From a virus (taxonomy: Duplodnaviria; Caudoviricetes), in IMG/VR virus record IMGVR_UViG_3300035498_000530, positions 32,001-96,000 of that record: 64,000 nt of DNA; one strand, written 5' to 3'. A program made the position numbers and the translations under genes. Positions 9,266 to 20,520 of the stretch are shown in pieces. Position 1 is the stretch's first letter. Every line of letters starts with the position of its first letter. The notes beneath the pieces are model-generated. The model saw only the letters and a program-made list of their open reading frames with translations. It was not told where the DNA came from and did no database searches.

Positions 9266-12200
9266 ATGCTTTTTAAGACTAATATTCTTAATAATCTTAG
9301 TTCAAATAAAGTAACATCGTCTTTAGCTATGATGATATCTAAAGATAATTGGACTGAAGATCATACAAACAAAGTAGAAGTCGAAGGAACTGATTTATAT
9401 TATTTCGATCAAGTTCAAGGATATATTGTTCCAGATAATTCTTCTTTAACAGAATATAATGATGCTGGAATATTTATAAATAAGTCTGGAGTTAATTATA
9501 TAGAGTTCGGATGTAGTGAATCATATACTCCAGCAAATGACATAAGTATTGTATTGTACTACAATACAAATTTAATTACAACCTCAGGTACAGGATATCT
9601 TCCATTAACTGGAGGTACTGTTACTGGAAGAATTAATCTTAATTATGGTAGCGGTGCTAGTAATGATATAGGTCATATAAGAGGAAACTATATAGATAGT
9701 TCTTCAGGAAGTACAACCAATTATTGGCAGATAGATTTTACTGCAAATGGTAGATCTCAAATTTGTATAGATGATATAAATATCAAAAAAGTAAGTGATT
9801 ATAATACTGGTTCAACAGGATATTTATATAGGTATTATCCAATAGGAATAAAAAATACATCAAGTCTTGGTTCTTATTTGTCACAAAATACATTATCTGT
9901 AAATAGTTATGCTATACATGTTATGTATAATGGCGGCGCATCAAATGGTACAAAAGATTTTAGTATGATTCCAGGTGGAACTGGTAGACTATATATAGGA
10001 TATAGCACATTAGTTTTAGGAAATTCTATGACTGTAGCAAATAATAATTATGCTGGTTCTATAAGATTGTATAGAAATGGAACAGGTTATACAGATATTC
10101 TTACTACATATAGTACTAATACTAGTTCTAATTATGAAATATATCTTCCAAATAATAGTGGTACTATAGCATTAACATCAGATATCCCTGAAATAAATGG
10201 TGGATTGGGTCTTGAAGGTTCAGGTATATATGTACCAACTACTTCTGGAGAACAAGGATCTTTGCTTATGTCTAATGGAACTAGTGATGTTCCATCATGG
10301 ACAGATAAATCTATATATATTGATAGTATTAATACATCAGATAGTAGTATAGATTTAAAACTTAATGGTAGTTTATATATTGGTAGTGGTTATGATAGAG
10401 ATTTTGATCCTACTGTAACAATATCAGATGGTACTATTACTGCAGATCTTTATAGTGGTAAATATAAATTTATAAATTCATATGATTATTATGATGAATC
10501 ATCTGATAAAGGAATATGTCTTCCTTTAGCATTTGGATATGATGGATATGTTGGAAAATTTGAAGATGACGAAGTTAGTATATATTATAAAAATGGTAGC
10601 AATACTGTAAATGGATTTGCTAAATTGATAATAGGTAATAATTATAAGCAGGGGACCAATTTCAATAGTGAAGGCTCTATAAGATTATATACTTCTTCTA
10701 CAGGCAGTGTTAATATAGTTACATCACCTAGTGATGATAGTTATACTGTAACTTTACCATCAAATAGTGGTACATTAGCATTGGTATCAGATATTGAAAC
10801 TATGAGTCCTAAAATAAATATAAATGGAGATTCAGAGTCTGATACTTCTGTAATATATAGCCCAATTGAATCTGGTACTAATGGGTCATTACTTAGATCT
10901 AATGGGAAAGACAAAGATCCAACATGGACCGATGATGCATTATATTTTAATAGTAGTAATTTAGTATCATTAAAAGATATACATATTGGAACAAAGAGCA
11001 GTGAATATTCTACTAATGGATATGATCCAAGTAATATATTATTAAAAACAGATGGATCCGGTGTTTTTAGGACTAGAGTGCTTACTAATAGATTAGAGTT
11101 TTATCCAGGAAATGCTGGTAATAATAATTATTTATACTATACAATTATACATGGACCAAATACACTTAATGATGGTTCTAATAATATATATCTTCCAACA
11201 GGAAATGGCACATTGGCATTAACCTCTGATATTTATACATATACTACAGTGGTTGGATGGTATAATAGTACTTCTAATTTAGCTGCTAGTAATGGATCAG
11301 TATCATTGAATTTGGTAAAAACTAAAGATAATAAAACTTATACTGTATCTTCTTATAAAATAATAAAGGGCACTAATGGTATTAATGTAACATCCGATTC
11401 TAATGGAACTATTATTATTGATGGTTCAGAAATCAATGGTTCTGGATCTGGTTCTGATACCACTGTTGAATCTAGTGCTATAAATTTTGCTTCTAGCTCT
11501 GATACTACATATTCTATTCCTCTTATTGATTATAGTTTGTCTGAGGGTACAGATACTATAGATACGATATATAGCTCTAAAGATAATGGTGATTTATCTT
11601 ATGATAATTCTACTGGTACTTTAAATGTGAGTCAAATTAATACTACTTACATATCAGATGGTACAGACGATGGAAGTATCTCGGTAGGAAGTGTAATAAG
11701 TATTTATGCTAATGATATACAAATAAATAGTGATTATTATGGAGTTACCTTTAGCACTAATGCATATCATAATGGTGATATATACGCTACTTATATATAT
11801 CCAAATGCTAGCTATTGTTTTGATAGTAGTACTACTTACATAAAAGATGTTACATTAGCTAATACTATAATACTTAGGCCAGGATGGCAAAGTAACGAAG
11901 ATGATAATACAGTAATGTATTATATTAATTCTGATGATAGTACAGTTAAAAATAATAATAAAGATTATGTTTATTTAACTTTACCAACAAAAGATGGTAA
12001 ATTGGCATTGGTAGATGATATTCCTAAAAAGATTAGTGATTTAACTAATGATGATATAGGTGATGATACACAACCTATATACATGAAGGATGGAGTATTA
12101 AAACCTATAAAATATTCTATAGGAGAAATTGTTAAATTGGATTATGAAGATAGCGAAGAACCTTATGCTATTTCTAATTCTGGTGATGGTGATAATGTAT

Positions 12201-13162
12201 TAACAGAACGTGCTATATATTATGGCCTACCAACAATAAATGGAGCCCATGATTATACATCAGATACCAATATATATGCACCAACTTCAGGTGGTACTTC
12301 TGGATACTTCTTAACATCTAATGGCTCTTCAGTACCAACATGGTTTGATGGAGTATTTTATGAATCATCTAGTAGTAAAATTGTATTTAAAAAGTATTTA
12401 GAAGGTAGATATACTAATAATAGTACTACAAGTACCACATGGAAAATAGATACTTCAAACGGAGATGCTATATTTTCATCTTTATATCTAAATTCACAAT
12501 CAAATCAGGCACGTATTAGTTATTTAGGATCTTCAAATATTAATTTGACAGTACCTGAAAATAGTGGTACTATAGCTTTAACTTCTGATATATCAAAAGC
12601 CATATCAAATATAAAATATACAATGCCAATAGAATTTTCTCTTGATAAAACAATAAAACTTGGTAGTAATAATTCAGGAATATTAATGCATGATATTGAT
12701 GATGTATATGGATTTTTATTTCAAACTAATAATTCTAATAAAGGAACAGATTATACAGAAACTATATTAAAATTTGGTGATGAATGGTCAAAGGATGATA
12801 CTGATGGTAGTGATGAATATGTTGATTGGAATGGTTATTTTAATTTCACTACTAGAAATGCAAAAGTGTCTATTACAGGCAATGATACAAGCGGATCAAT
12901 ACAATTAAATGCACAAAAGGCATCTACAACTGGTGCTAGTATTAAATTAGATGGACTTAATGGTAGAGTTAGTGTAACAGGAAAACTTGATGTAAGCAAT
13001 TCCACTGTAATAGGAAAACTTACTTTACAAGGTGTTAGCTCAGCTACAAAAATATCATCAGACACATCAGTATACTCTATAGGTAGAGTAAATGTAATGA
13101 GTTCTGGTAATGCTGTTCCAAATGGATTAGCAGAAGGCGATATACTTATGGTATATGAATAA
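9266..13162 (+). CDS. Second large tail fibre protein (start corrected to the ATG at 9266)
   Basis: AAGGAGG before 9266; late motif at 9228; YLPLTGGTVTG motif; repeated LP..SGTLAL.SDI modules. Confidence 0.75.
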   Translation: MLFKTNILNNLSSNKVTSSLAMMISKDNWTEDHTNKVEVEGTDLYYFDQVQGYIVPDNSSLTEYNDAGIFINKSGVNYIEFGCSESYTPANDISIVLYYNTNLITTSGTGYLPLTGGTVTGRINLNYGSGASNDIGHIRGNYIDSSSGSTTNYWQIDFTANGRSQICIDDINIKKVSDYNTGSTGYLYRYYPIGIKNTSSLGSYLSQNTLSVNSYAIHVMYNGGASNGTKDFSMIPGGTGRLYIGYSTLVLGNSMTVANNNYAGSIRLYRNGTGYTDILTTYSTNTSSNYEIYLPNNSGTIALTSDIPEINGGLGLEGSGIYVPTTSGEQGSLLMSNGTSDVPSWTDKSIYIDSINTSDSSIDLKLNGSLYIGSGYDRDFDPTVTISDGTITADLYSGKYKFINSYDYYDESSDKGICLPLAFGYDGYVGKFEDDEVSIYYKNGSNTVNGFAKLIIGNNYKQGTNFNSEGSIRLYTSSTGSVNIVTSPSDDSYTVTLPSNSGTLALVSDIETMSPKININGDSESDTSVIYSPIESGTNGSLLRSNGKDKDPTWTDDALYFNSSNLVSLKDIHIGTKSSEYSTNGYDPSNILLKTDGSGVFRTRVLTNRLEFYPGNAGNNNYLYYTIIHGPNTLNDGSNNIYLPTGNGTLALTSDIYTYTTVVGWYNSTSNLAASNGSVSLNLVKTKDNKTYTVSSYKIIKGTNGINVTSDSNGTIIIDGSEINGSGSGSDTTVESSAINFASSSDTTYSIPLIDYSLSEGTDTIDTIYSSKDNGDLSYDNSTGTLNVSQINTTYISDGTDDGSISVGSVISIYANDIQINSDYYGVTFSTNAYHNGDIYATYIYPNASYCFDSSTTYIKDVTLANTIILRPGWQSNEDDNTVMYYINSDDSTVKNNNKDYVYLTLPTKDGKLALVDDIPKKISDLTNDDIGDDTQPIYMKDGVLKPIKYSIGEIVKLDYEDSEEPYAISNSGDGDNVLTERAIYYGLPTINGAHDYTSDTNIYAPTSGGTSGYFLTSNGSSVPTWFDGVFYESSSSKIVFKKYLEGRYTNNSTTSTTWKIDTSNGDAIFSSLYLNSQSNQARISYLGSSNINLTVPENSGTIALTSDISKAISNIKYTMPIEFSLDKTIKLGSNNSGILMHDIDDVYGFLFQTNNSNKGTDYTETILKFGDEWSKDDTDGSDEYVDWNGYFNFTTRNAKVSITGNDTSGSIQLNAQKASTTGASIKLDGLNGRVSVTGKLDVSNSTVIGKLTLQGVSSATKISSDTSVYSIGRVNVMSSGNAVPNGLAEGDILMVYE

Positions 13163-13175
13163 TTTTTAATAATTT

Positions 13176-13210
13176 AGACCAATGGTAACATCCATTGGTC
13201 TATTGTTTTT
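13176..13210 (+). terminator. Intrinsic terminator
   Basis: AGACCAATGG/CCATTGGTCT stem plus T-tract. Confidence 0.75.
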
Positions 13211-13256
13211 AAATAACTCAAACATCTAAGTAATTAAATAAAAGGAGGAAAATCTT

Positions 13257-14810
13257 ATGTCAGAATTATCAAATGTCGTAAAAAAGATTAATGATGTATC
13301 AGATAAATTAACAGAAATAGCGTCTGAAATAGATTCCCATAAGAATGACACTATGAGTCATTATGAGCCAGAAAAATATAATGATATTAATAATAGAGTA
13401 TCAAATATAGAATCCACTGTAGGAAACATAGATTCGTCTACATTAATAGCTTTAGCTGATTTATCAAAGTCAGATATTAATAAGCTTATTAAATTATCAA
13501 AATCAATAGACTCTATAAATAATATGGTAAAGTATCAGTACATATTGTTTGATTATATACTTAATAAAACTTCTGCTCCTCAGAATATAAAGGATATAAT
13601 TGAATTAATCAAATCAAATAATGGAGATGATACTAGTGAAGATACTAATAGCGATACTGTTGATTCCGTATCTAACAGCAATGTAACTAACGAAGTTATA
13701 TCTACTATAAATGCTTATGATATTATTCAAAATTCTAAATATAGATTTGTTACTACAGATCAGATAGAATCTTGGGATAAAACAAAGAGGGATTTAGAAG
13801 CATTAAAGTGTAGAATTAACTTTACTGAGAATACTTCAATCATAAACTTAAAAGATATTCCTGTGGCTGATGAGAACAATGATGGTATTATAACATCTCA
13901 GATGTATAAAGATATTATAGATATCGAAGTTCCACAACCTGATTGGAATGTCAAAGACGAGAAAGATATAAATTATATTAAGAATAAACCAACTACACTT
14001 CCAGCTAAAGGTGGAAATGCAGATACAGTTGGTGGTTATACTATAAATAAGATATTCACTAGAAATAAATTAAGATATACTGTAGGATATAGGTCTGATG
14101 GTATATATGATTATTTCTTAGAAGATGACTCTATAATAGATATTCTTAAAGATATCCATAGTAGAGTATTATCACAATCAAGTCCTAATATAGTAGAATT
14201 CCCTTCAATGGTAGTAGATATAGTATCAGATGAAGATTTGGTATTAGAAGATTTAGACCTCAGAGGAAATAATACTATAGTTAAAATAAGAGCAAAGTCT
14301 GTATCTTTTAGTAGATGTAATATATCAGGTATCACATTCAATGGTATATCTGGAAATAGTATTATCATATTGGATAACAATACTATACTTAATTCTACTT
14401 TTGAAGATATCAATTTTATTATCTCTGGAAGTAATAATATGATTACTCATAACAAGTTTAATTCCTCAAATGGTATTACTATCTCAGGATCAAAGAAAAT
14501 TTTATGTAAGTTCAATACTATATCTTATAATACAATGACTAATGGTTCATTGCTTATAGATGGATCTACAATGAATATAACTAAGAACAACATACAGTTT
14601 AATACTTTTGATAATGATATCATAATCAAAGGAAGACTTGTTAAATATAATACATTTATATCAAATCTCTATAAAGATGATTGTACTATTAAAGTCCAAG
14701 GAGGAGTTGATAACTTCTTCATGGAACCATCTTTAGATAATATAGTATTCTCATCTAATACTTTAGCAACAAATAATGAAACAGGATCTACTTCAAAGAA
14801 GGTAGGATAA
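13257..14810 (+). CDS. Tailspike-like protein with C-terminal right-handed beta-helix
   Basis: N-terminal coiled coil; QPDWN..D...YIKNKP fibre motif; N/I-rich parallel beta-helix repeats; late motif at 13221. Confidence 0.55.
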   Translation: MSELSNVVKKINDVSDKLTEIASEIDSHKNDTMSHYEPEKYNDINNRVSNIESTVGNIDSSTLIALADLSKSDINKLIKLSKSIDSINNMVKYQYILFDYILNKTSAPQNIKDIIELIKSNNGDDTSEDTNSDTVDSVSNSNVTNEVISTINAYDIIQNSKYRFVTTDQIESWDKTKRDLEALKCRINFTENTSIINLKDIPVADENNDGIITSQMYKDIIDIEVPQPDWNVKDEKDINYIKNKPTTLPAKGGNADTVGGYTINKIFTRNKLRYTVGYRSDGIYDYFLEDDSIIDILKDIHSRVLSQSSPNIVEFPSMVVDIVSDEDLVLEDLDLRGNNTIVKIRAKSVSFSRCNISGITFNGISGNSIIILDNNTILNSTFEDINFIISGSNNMITHNKFNSSNGITISGSKKILCKFNTISYNTMTNGSLLIDGSTMNITKNNIQFNTFDNDIIIKGRLVKYNTFISNLYKDDCTIKVQGGVDNFFMEPSLDNIVFSSNTLATNNETGSTSKKVG

Positions 14811-14832
14811 TTTGTAATAGGAGGTATAATTT

Positions 14833-15348
14833 ATGGAAATAAAAGATATTCTATTAATATTTTTTATTATAGTTTCACTTGATGTAGTTGCTATTGCAAT
14901 TAGCATAACAGCTGCAGTAGTATCATATAAAACATATGTAAAGACATTTAAGTCAACTATAACTGATAGTAAGCAGAGTATAGAAAAAATAATGAAGTAT
15001 GATTGGGTATCAGATAATATAGATACTATTATATCTAATAATTCTTCTGAATCTAATGATGTAATTATAGATAAAGTAATATATTTCTTATATGAATCTG
15101 GTCTTACTAATGGTAATATAGAAAATTCTTCTAAAGAATATATAAGAATGACTGTATTGAACAGACTAAACAAAATGAGAAAAAAAGAAATGGTTAAGTT
15201 TAAAGATATTAAGAAAGAATCAATATCAAATAAACTCAATATAGATATAAACAAAGATATTGTAACTAGTTCTGATGGTGGAGTTCATATGACAAATATG
15301 TTTGATACCGATCTTTCAAATTTCGACAATACTCAATACGAGGAATAA
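14833..15348 (+). CDS. Hypothetical membrane protein
   Basis: AGGAGG RBS; N-terminal TM segment. Confidence 0.55.
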   Translation: MEIKDILLIFFIIVSLDVVAIAISITAAVVSYKTYVKTFKSTITDSKQSIEKIMKYDWVSDNIDTIISNNSSESNDVIIDKVIYFLYESGLTNGNIENSSKEYIRMTVLNRLNKMRKKEMVKFKDIKKESISNKLNIDINKDIVTSSDGGVHMTNMFDTDLSNFDNTQYEE

Positions 15349-15352
15349 AATA

Positions 15353-15382
15353 GAAGGAAGAGTCTTAATTGACTCTTCCTTC
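15353..15382. terminator. Hairpin between convergent genes
   Basis: 12-bp stem GAAGGAAGAGTC/GACTCTTCCTTC. Confidence 0.65.
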
Positions 15383-16648
15383 ATACATTTTCTTTGCAGA
15401 TATTAATTGATCATTAATATACTGAAGATTTGCATAAATAAATATATTTGTTATATATGATGTAACAGGTTCTTCTACATGTATTATTAGATTCTTATAA
15501 TCTACACTTATATGCTTTCTTTCTCCATCATTGTATATTCTGAAGTTCAAGAATATAGCCGGAGACAGTCCTGTAGCTATAGTATATTCTATAAGCTGCT
15601 CTAAATCGCTTCCCTTAAACAATTCACTTAAATCGATATCGATTGGTTTATCAATAGTATCTTCTTCATATTCAGTCTGAAGATATTGATTCCAACCGTG
15701 CTCATCAACATTATCTATTGTAGGAAGTTTAATAGAATTAAATACATAAGCACTTTCATTATTCTCTATAAGACCACCACGTTCTATTATAAGATGCTCA
15801 TTTCTAGAATGATATACATAGAACTTCGGTGCCATCATATTAGCATTTACAGTAAGTTCTAGACCAAAATCTTTTGTCATTTGATCTACTCTTGTACCGT
15901 CATCTATACTAATATCACCAGGAATATTTAAATGCATATTTGTATCTACAACTCTTACAAAGAACTCATTCTTACCATTAATACATCTATATTTATACAT
16001 GAATGGTAATAAAGAATTCTGATTAAGATAATTAATAAATGGTATTATATTATCTATCTTTTCTTCATCTTCATTTATAGTAAAACCTACATCTGAAGCT
16101 AATTGCATCATAAGATTATATGGTATATGCATATCCATATCAAAGTTAAGATTCTCTGTTGCGCCTGCACGACAAGCAAGCTGTAAATATCTAAATAAAT
16201 CTAACTGTTTAGCTTTTGTAGATACTTTAATCTTAAAGTTTACAGATACAGACATTTCTTCACAAGATACTGAAATAAATGCATTATGCTTATTATCTTT
16301 AAAGAATGCTCTATCTAATAAACCATTGTACATATTAATATTCATGCCATATTGATAAAGATATACATTATCTCTATTATAAGACATATCTATACTAGGC
16401 GTTATATACAATGCAGGAGACTTTCTCTGCAATATTGTAACTTTATCATATCTTCTTAACTGGTCCATTATATTTGATCCTTCCATCTGAACAGATGTAA
16501 AGAAATCATCTTTAAATTTTGCTAAGAACCATTTCTTAATAACTTCTACACATATTGAATATGAGTGTATGAATGAAGGAATTATTAATGAATGATAAGG
16601 TATCTCTATTTTATCAGTAGTAATACTATGTATCTTTCTGATTTTCAT
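15365..16648 (-). CDS. Hypothetical protein, possibly virion neck/tail-completion
   Basis: 427-aa ORF with AAGGAGG RBS; function not recognised. Confidence 0.5.
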   Translation of the reverse strand: MKIRKIHSITTDKIEIPYHSLIIPSFIHSYSICVEVIKKWFLAKFKDDFFTSVQMEGSNIMDQLRRYDKVTILQRKSPALYITPSIDMSYNRDNVYLYQYGMNINMYNGLLDRAFFKDNKHNAFISVSCEEMSVSVNFKIKVSTKAKQLDLFRYLQLACRAGATENLNFDMDMHIPYNLMMQLASDVGFTINEDEEKIDNIIPFINYLNQNSLLPFMYKYRCINGKNEFFVRVVDTNMHLNIPGDISIDDGTRVDQMTKDFGLELTVNANMMAPKFYVYHSRNEHLIIERGGLIENNESAYVFNSIKLPTIDNVDEHGWNQYLQTEYEEDTIDKPIDIDLSELFKGSDLEQLIEYTIATGLSPAIFLNFRIYNDGERKHISVDYKNLIIHVEEPVTSYITNIFIYANLQYINDQLISAKKMYEGRVN

Positions 16649-16717
16649 ATTTTAATCCTCCTTTACAAAAAATAAACCATTACCGATATGTTGACCGGTA
16701 ATGGTTTTAAAATTTCT

Positions 16718-17008
16718 TTACAATGGCTTCTTATAATATCTATCACAATTATGAACATCTTCATATTCTTCATAAAGTTCATTTACGTCAAATATTGATT
16801 CGTACTCTTCATTAGAATCCTTTACGATAAAATAATTACCATATACTGGATGATAATATTCATTCTTAGAACCATTATCATTCGTTGCTTTAAAATAGCA
16901 AAATACTAAACCCATATAATCTGGTGGGTCTATACCTACACATTGCACTGTATCAACTTCTTCTGAAATATTATCTACATACATGTATATACCGCCTATT
17001 TTAATCAT
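16718..17008 (-). CDS. Hypothetical protein
   Basis: In the minus-strand operon; followed by terminator 16674-16707. Confidence 0.5.
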   Translation of the reverse strand: MIKIGGIYMYVDNISEEVDTVQCVGIDPPDYMGLVFCYFKATNDNGSKNEYYHPVYGNYFIVKDSNEEYESIFDVNELYEEYEDVHNCDRYYKKPL

Positions 17009-17550
17009 TCTATTATCTCCTCGTTATCTGAGTTGCCTATATAACTAAATACTACATCATGTAAACTTGGTTCATTAAGATTTATTAAGTTATGTTCTTT
17101 AAGTATACATTTATCTTCCATATCAAGATCAAAATCATATAAGTACTTCAGAGGAACAACGAATTGTATATGTATATCGTTGTAATCCTCTGGATTCTTA
17201 CACTTATCAAATAATGAATATTTAAGATCTAATATAGTTTCAACTATATCTAAACACGCCTCTTTAAATCTTTCTTCATCAACAAGATCAATGTTGTATA
17301 AACTCATATAGTTACTTATTGTTTTATGTGTAAAAGTTATAACGATGTTAAATACATCTCCTTTGAATCCTATATCTACATCTGCTGGATACAACTCAAA
17401 GGCTAATTCATTTTGAACATCCTTTATACTTTTTCCTTTTTTGCCAGTAATCACTCCCCATATAGTTTCAAATATTTCTGTTTTCACATATATAAGTGAA
17501 ATTACGAATGAGAATACTACTGCAAATATAAGCATCTTAATTAATATCAT
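17005..17550 (-). CDS. Membrane-anchored hypothetical protein (start probably 17550; paralog of 17537-18082)
   Basis: AGGAGG before the ATG at 17550; N-terminal TM; YNIDL..EERF..AC..I.E aligns with FNLDL..EDDF..FC..I.E. Confidence 0.55.
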   Translation of the reverse strand: MILIKMLIFAVVFSFVISLIYVKTEIFETIWGVITGKKGKSIKDVQNELAFELYPADVDIGFKGDVFNIVITFTHKTISNYMSLYNIDLVDEERFKEACLDIVETILDLKYSLFDKCKNPEDYNDIHIQFVVPLKYLYDFDLDMEDKCILKEHNLINLNEPSLHDVVFSYIGNSDNEEIIE

Positions 17551-18082
17551 CTGTAACTTCCTCCTGAATTTCTTCTTCTGATGTACTTTCTTCACATTGA
17601 ACTTCTTCAAATTCCACTGCTTCGGATATATAATCAATATCTATAGGTCTAAATAATTCATGTAAAGATTTCTTTTTTGAATCTACATCTATCTGATATA
17701 TCCATTGTGGAGTCATAAAAGTTGCTCTAATTGGTTTGATTTCTTCGCCTTCTTCAAAATTCTTTCCACTATTAAAGTATTTAGGCATATGATCTCCTAC
17801 ATCTTCACATATTGATTTACAAAAATCTACAAAATCATCTTCATGAAATAAATCAAGATTGAACATAGACTTTGCAAAGTGACAAACTTCTGGAGTTATT
17901 ATACACTCTAGTATATAATGATCATTTGTTCCTTGATAAAAGAACAATATTGGACTAGGATTTTTGTTCTTATTATTTTTTGATAAAACCATACTTTTTA
18001 TTACACTGAATGATTCTATTACAATATAAACTAAAATCGCAAGTCCGGCTGCAGTTAAGATTTGATCGAATGTAATTGTCAT
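17537..18082 (-). CDS. Membrane-anchored hypothetical protein
   Basis: AAGGAG RBS; N-terminal TM; acidic tail. Confidence 0.6.
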   Translation of the reverse strand: MTITFDQILTAAGLAILVYIVIESFSVIKSMVLSKNNKNKNPSPILFFYQGTNDHYILECIITPEVCHFAKSMFNLDLFHEDDFVDFCKSICEDVGDHMPKYFNSGKNFEEGEEIKPIRATFMTPQWIYQIDVDSKKKSLHELFRPIDIDYISEAVEFEEVQCEESTSEEEIQEEVTDDIN

Positions 18083-19629
18083 GATATTGGTTGAACTCCT
18101 TTTAAGTATTTTATTTGGTTTAATTCTTCCTGAGTATAACTATCAATACCCAGTCTTCGTAATGTATTACAGTTAACGATAGTATCTTTGGCATGATTCA
18201 ATCTATTATCAAATCTACCATCATTAGTTGATATATACATAGTGTTTCGTGGATTAAATGTTTTCTCACAAGCAGCAATCATCTCTTTGTTTATGAGAAA
18301 CATTATATTCAAAGTATCACCGTCAAAATCGGCAGCAAGAAATGGTAATACCTGTAATGGTATTGACATTGTATCATTATCATTAATACCTATACAATAC
18401 ATCTGCATTATGCTGCCAAAATTTATTGTTGGATTTCTATTAATCAATACAGGAATACCTACTTCATGTTCGTGTATGATATTCTGAATGATATTGTAAA
18501 TAGTTTCATCCTTAACTCTTGTAGCCCTACTCCATTTCTTATATGCATCATGATAAGACATAGCATAAGTCTTCTTCAAGATATTTACTATAACCTGTTC
18601 TAATAATTGAACAAGTCCTCTATATGGTAATCTTACACAATCACATCTTAATTCAGGACCTGGAACAATTACAGATCTTGATGTGAAGTTACAACGACCA
18701 CCAACAGATGTTCTAATAACACCTTTCTTTTGTGCCAAGATTTTCTGTATTTCTAATGACAACTTATTATAGTTAGTCTGAATGTCGTACAGAAGTTGAT
18801 TCTTTGGCTTTGATTTTCTGTTGATTCCTAAAGTATCTTTGTTAACTACATGAACTAACTTAGCCATGATATTATAATACTTATTACAGCCTTCGAATGC
18901 GAATACACCATTATCAATTCGATATGGTCTTAAATGAGTAGTGAATACAGGAATACCACTAATAAAGACAAGATCTCTATTAGACTTACCAGCATAATCA
19001 TTATACTCATATATAGCATCATACTTTTCTTTCTTTGCTGGATATTTGGAAAGATAGTATTTCATAATCTCATCGAACTTTTCTTCGAATTCTATTATAC
19101 CAATTCCACTATAAGGATTAGAATCAAGTTTATCTTTTCTCTTCTTAGAGAAACCATTGATATCCTTTTCATCCCTTATACACAATATATTGTCAAGGTT
19201 TTCTGCACCGACAAATGATTGTATTAATAAGAATAAACTAGGATGAATAATATGACCACTCGTAAGTCTCATCCATCCCCATATATCGAAATTATCTCCG
19301 ACATACTTTACTTTACTTTTACATAAAGGACATGTATGCCCTTTATATATGGCTCCTTTAATATGACCACATACGCAACTATACTTCTCAATATAAGGTA
19401 CCAAGTCCATAATTGTCGTACCAAATTTTGATGAGTATATAGAGTTTTCACTCTTATTGTCTTTCTTTGTTCCCTGAGGTTCCGATATTTCAAAACCCTT
19501 TCCATAAAGAAAATCATTGTTCATTTCTTTATCCATATCTATTCTGACGATCGATGTTCTATACTCATATTGATCATCGTCAGGAAGCATTTCGTTTTTG
19601 TCCACATATGGATTAATTTTAAGTTCCAT
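18079..19629 (-). CDS. rpoC: Phage multisubunit RNA polymerase beta' subunit, N-terminal/catalytic half
   Basis: Zn-finger CVCG..CPLC; GGRCNFTSRSVIVP; LINRNPTI; catalytic ADFDGD; early-type motif at 19709-19719. Confidence 0.93.
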   Translation of the reverse strand: MELKINPYVDKNEMLPDDDQYEYRTSIVRIDMDKEMNNDFLYGKGFEISEPQGTKKDNKSENSIYSSKFGTTIMDLVPYIEKYSCVCGHIKGAIYKGHTCPLCKSKVKYVGDNFDIWGWMRLTSGHIIHPSLFLLIQSFVGAENLDNILCIRDEKDINGFSKKRKDKLDSNPYSGIGIIEFEEKFDEIMKYYLSKYPAKKEKYDAIYEYNDYAGKSNRDLVFISGIPVFTTHLRPYRIDNGVFAFEGCNKYYNIMAKLVHVVNKDTLGINRKSKPKNQLLYDIQTNYNKLSLEIQKILAQKKGVIRTSVGGRCNFTSRSVIVPGPELRCDCVRLPYRGLVQLLEQVIVNILKKTYAMSYHDAYKKWSRATRVKDETIYNIIQNIIHEHEVGIPVLINRNPTINFGSIMQMYCIGINDNDTMSIPLQVLPFLAADFDGDTLNIMFLINKEMIAACEKTFNPRNTMYISTNDGRFDNRLNHAKDTIVNCNTLRRLGIDSYTQEELNQIKYLKGVQPIS

Positions 19630-19708
19630 TTATGTTTCCTCCTTTATTGTATTTAATTAGTTATAAGTTTTGAATCTTGTAATAATTCACACCTAACTAT
19701 TTCATGTT

Positions 19709-19719
19709 TATAATATATA
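19709..19719 (-). promoter_or_regulatory. Early-type promoter motif YATATTATA (representative; also 23395, 32848, 34322, 38781, 40401, 41727, 43827, 45298, 46635, 47332 on minus; 57001, 60893 on plus)
   Basis: Same AT-rich motif lies just inside a terminator or divergent gap ahead of 13 non-structural transcription units; resembles phiKZ-like early promoters (TATATTAC in phiKZ). Confidence 0.7.
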
Positions 19720-19777
19720 AGAAAAAACTATATTAGACAAAAGATATCCCTAGGAATCTATGTTCCTAGGGATGATT

Positions 19778-20470
19778 TTAAGAGAAATTAATATCATTAT
19801 AATGAGACCAACTTAATATCTCGTTTCTCATGTTTAGTAAATTATTATCATCAGTTTTATCTCCATCGTTAATAGCTTTATCCAAATATGTAATTATCTT
19901 TAAGGCTATCTCCTTGGTTATTCCAAGCTTGTAAGTTTTTAAAAATTGATACCAATTTCCAAAGCACATACTAGGGGATATGTATAACTGATTACTAGTA
20001 TTATGGTACATTTGATGTGGAGTTTTAGAAAGCATTACAAGTTGAACATGATGCTTAATATGCTCCAACTTAGTCAGCTGTACAACTCTAAATGTATTAA
20101 CACAATATCCTGAATTTAGCATATGCTCTGTTATAATAAAAATTATATCAAATAACGTAAGCATGTTATGATGCATTTCGATACTAGCCATTTCTGAAGA
20201 TATATTACCATGTATTTGGCAATGGTCTAATCCAATAGAATATAAAAATGATTTATAGTTTGTATAAGTTTTACTATGTCTGAAACGGGATTCACAGTTT
20301 ATTATAAATCTTCGATAAACATCTGCATCTGATAATGTTTCTCTTGTTTGCATAAAAGGTAATTGAATAAAAGTGTTTGGTGATACTATTATGGGGTTGA
20401 CGTCATTATCCATGCTATAAATATCAGCATAACCATAACAGTTCACATTCTCATTAGCATCCACTGCCAT
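19778..20470 (-). CDS. HNH/His-Me-finger-like protein (paralog of 35367-36113)
   Basis: C...G....IEMHH....LSKTPHQMYH; late motif AACA-TTATAG-TA at 20492-20481. Confidence 0.45.
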   Translation of the reverse strand: MAVDANENVNCYGYADIYSMDNDVNPIIVSPNTFIQLPFMQTRETLSDADVYRRFIINCESRFRHSKTYTNYKSFLYSIGLDHCQIHGNISSEMASIEMHHNMLTLFDIIFIITEHMLNSGYCVNTFRVVQLTKLEHIKHHVQLVMLSKTPHQMYHNTSNQLYISPSMCFGNWYQFLKTYKLGITKEIALKIITYLDKAINDGDKTDDNNLLNMRNEILSWSHYNDINFS

Positions 20471-20520
20471 TACCTCCTTTTACTATAATGTTCCTGAAGA
20501 AAAGATGTTAAATATTCATT

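Noticed and set aside
1-14810. Diversity-generating retroelement or invertase acting on tail fibres
   Set aside because: No reverse transcriptase or recombinase, and no template/variable repeat pair noticed.
18079-19629. Group I intron or intein in RNAP subunits, as in phiKZ/AR9
   Set aside because: Conserved motifs are contiguous in single ORFs; no homing endonuclease or intein motifs seen here or in 27304 and 50864.
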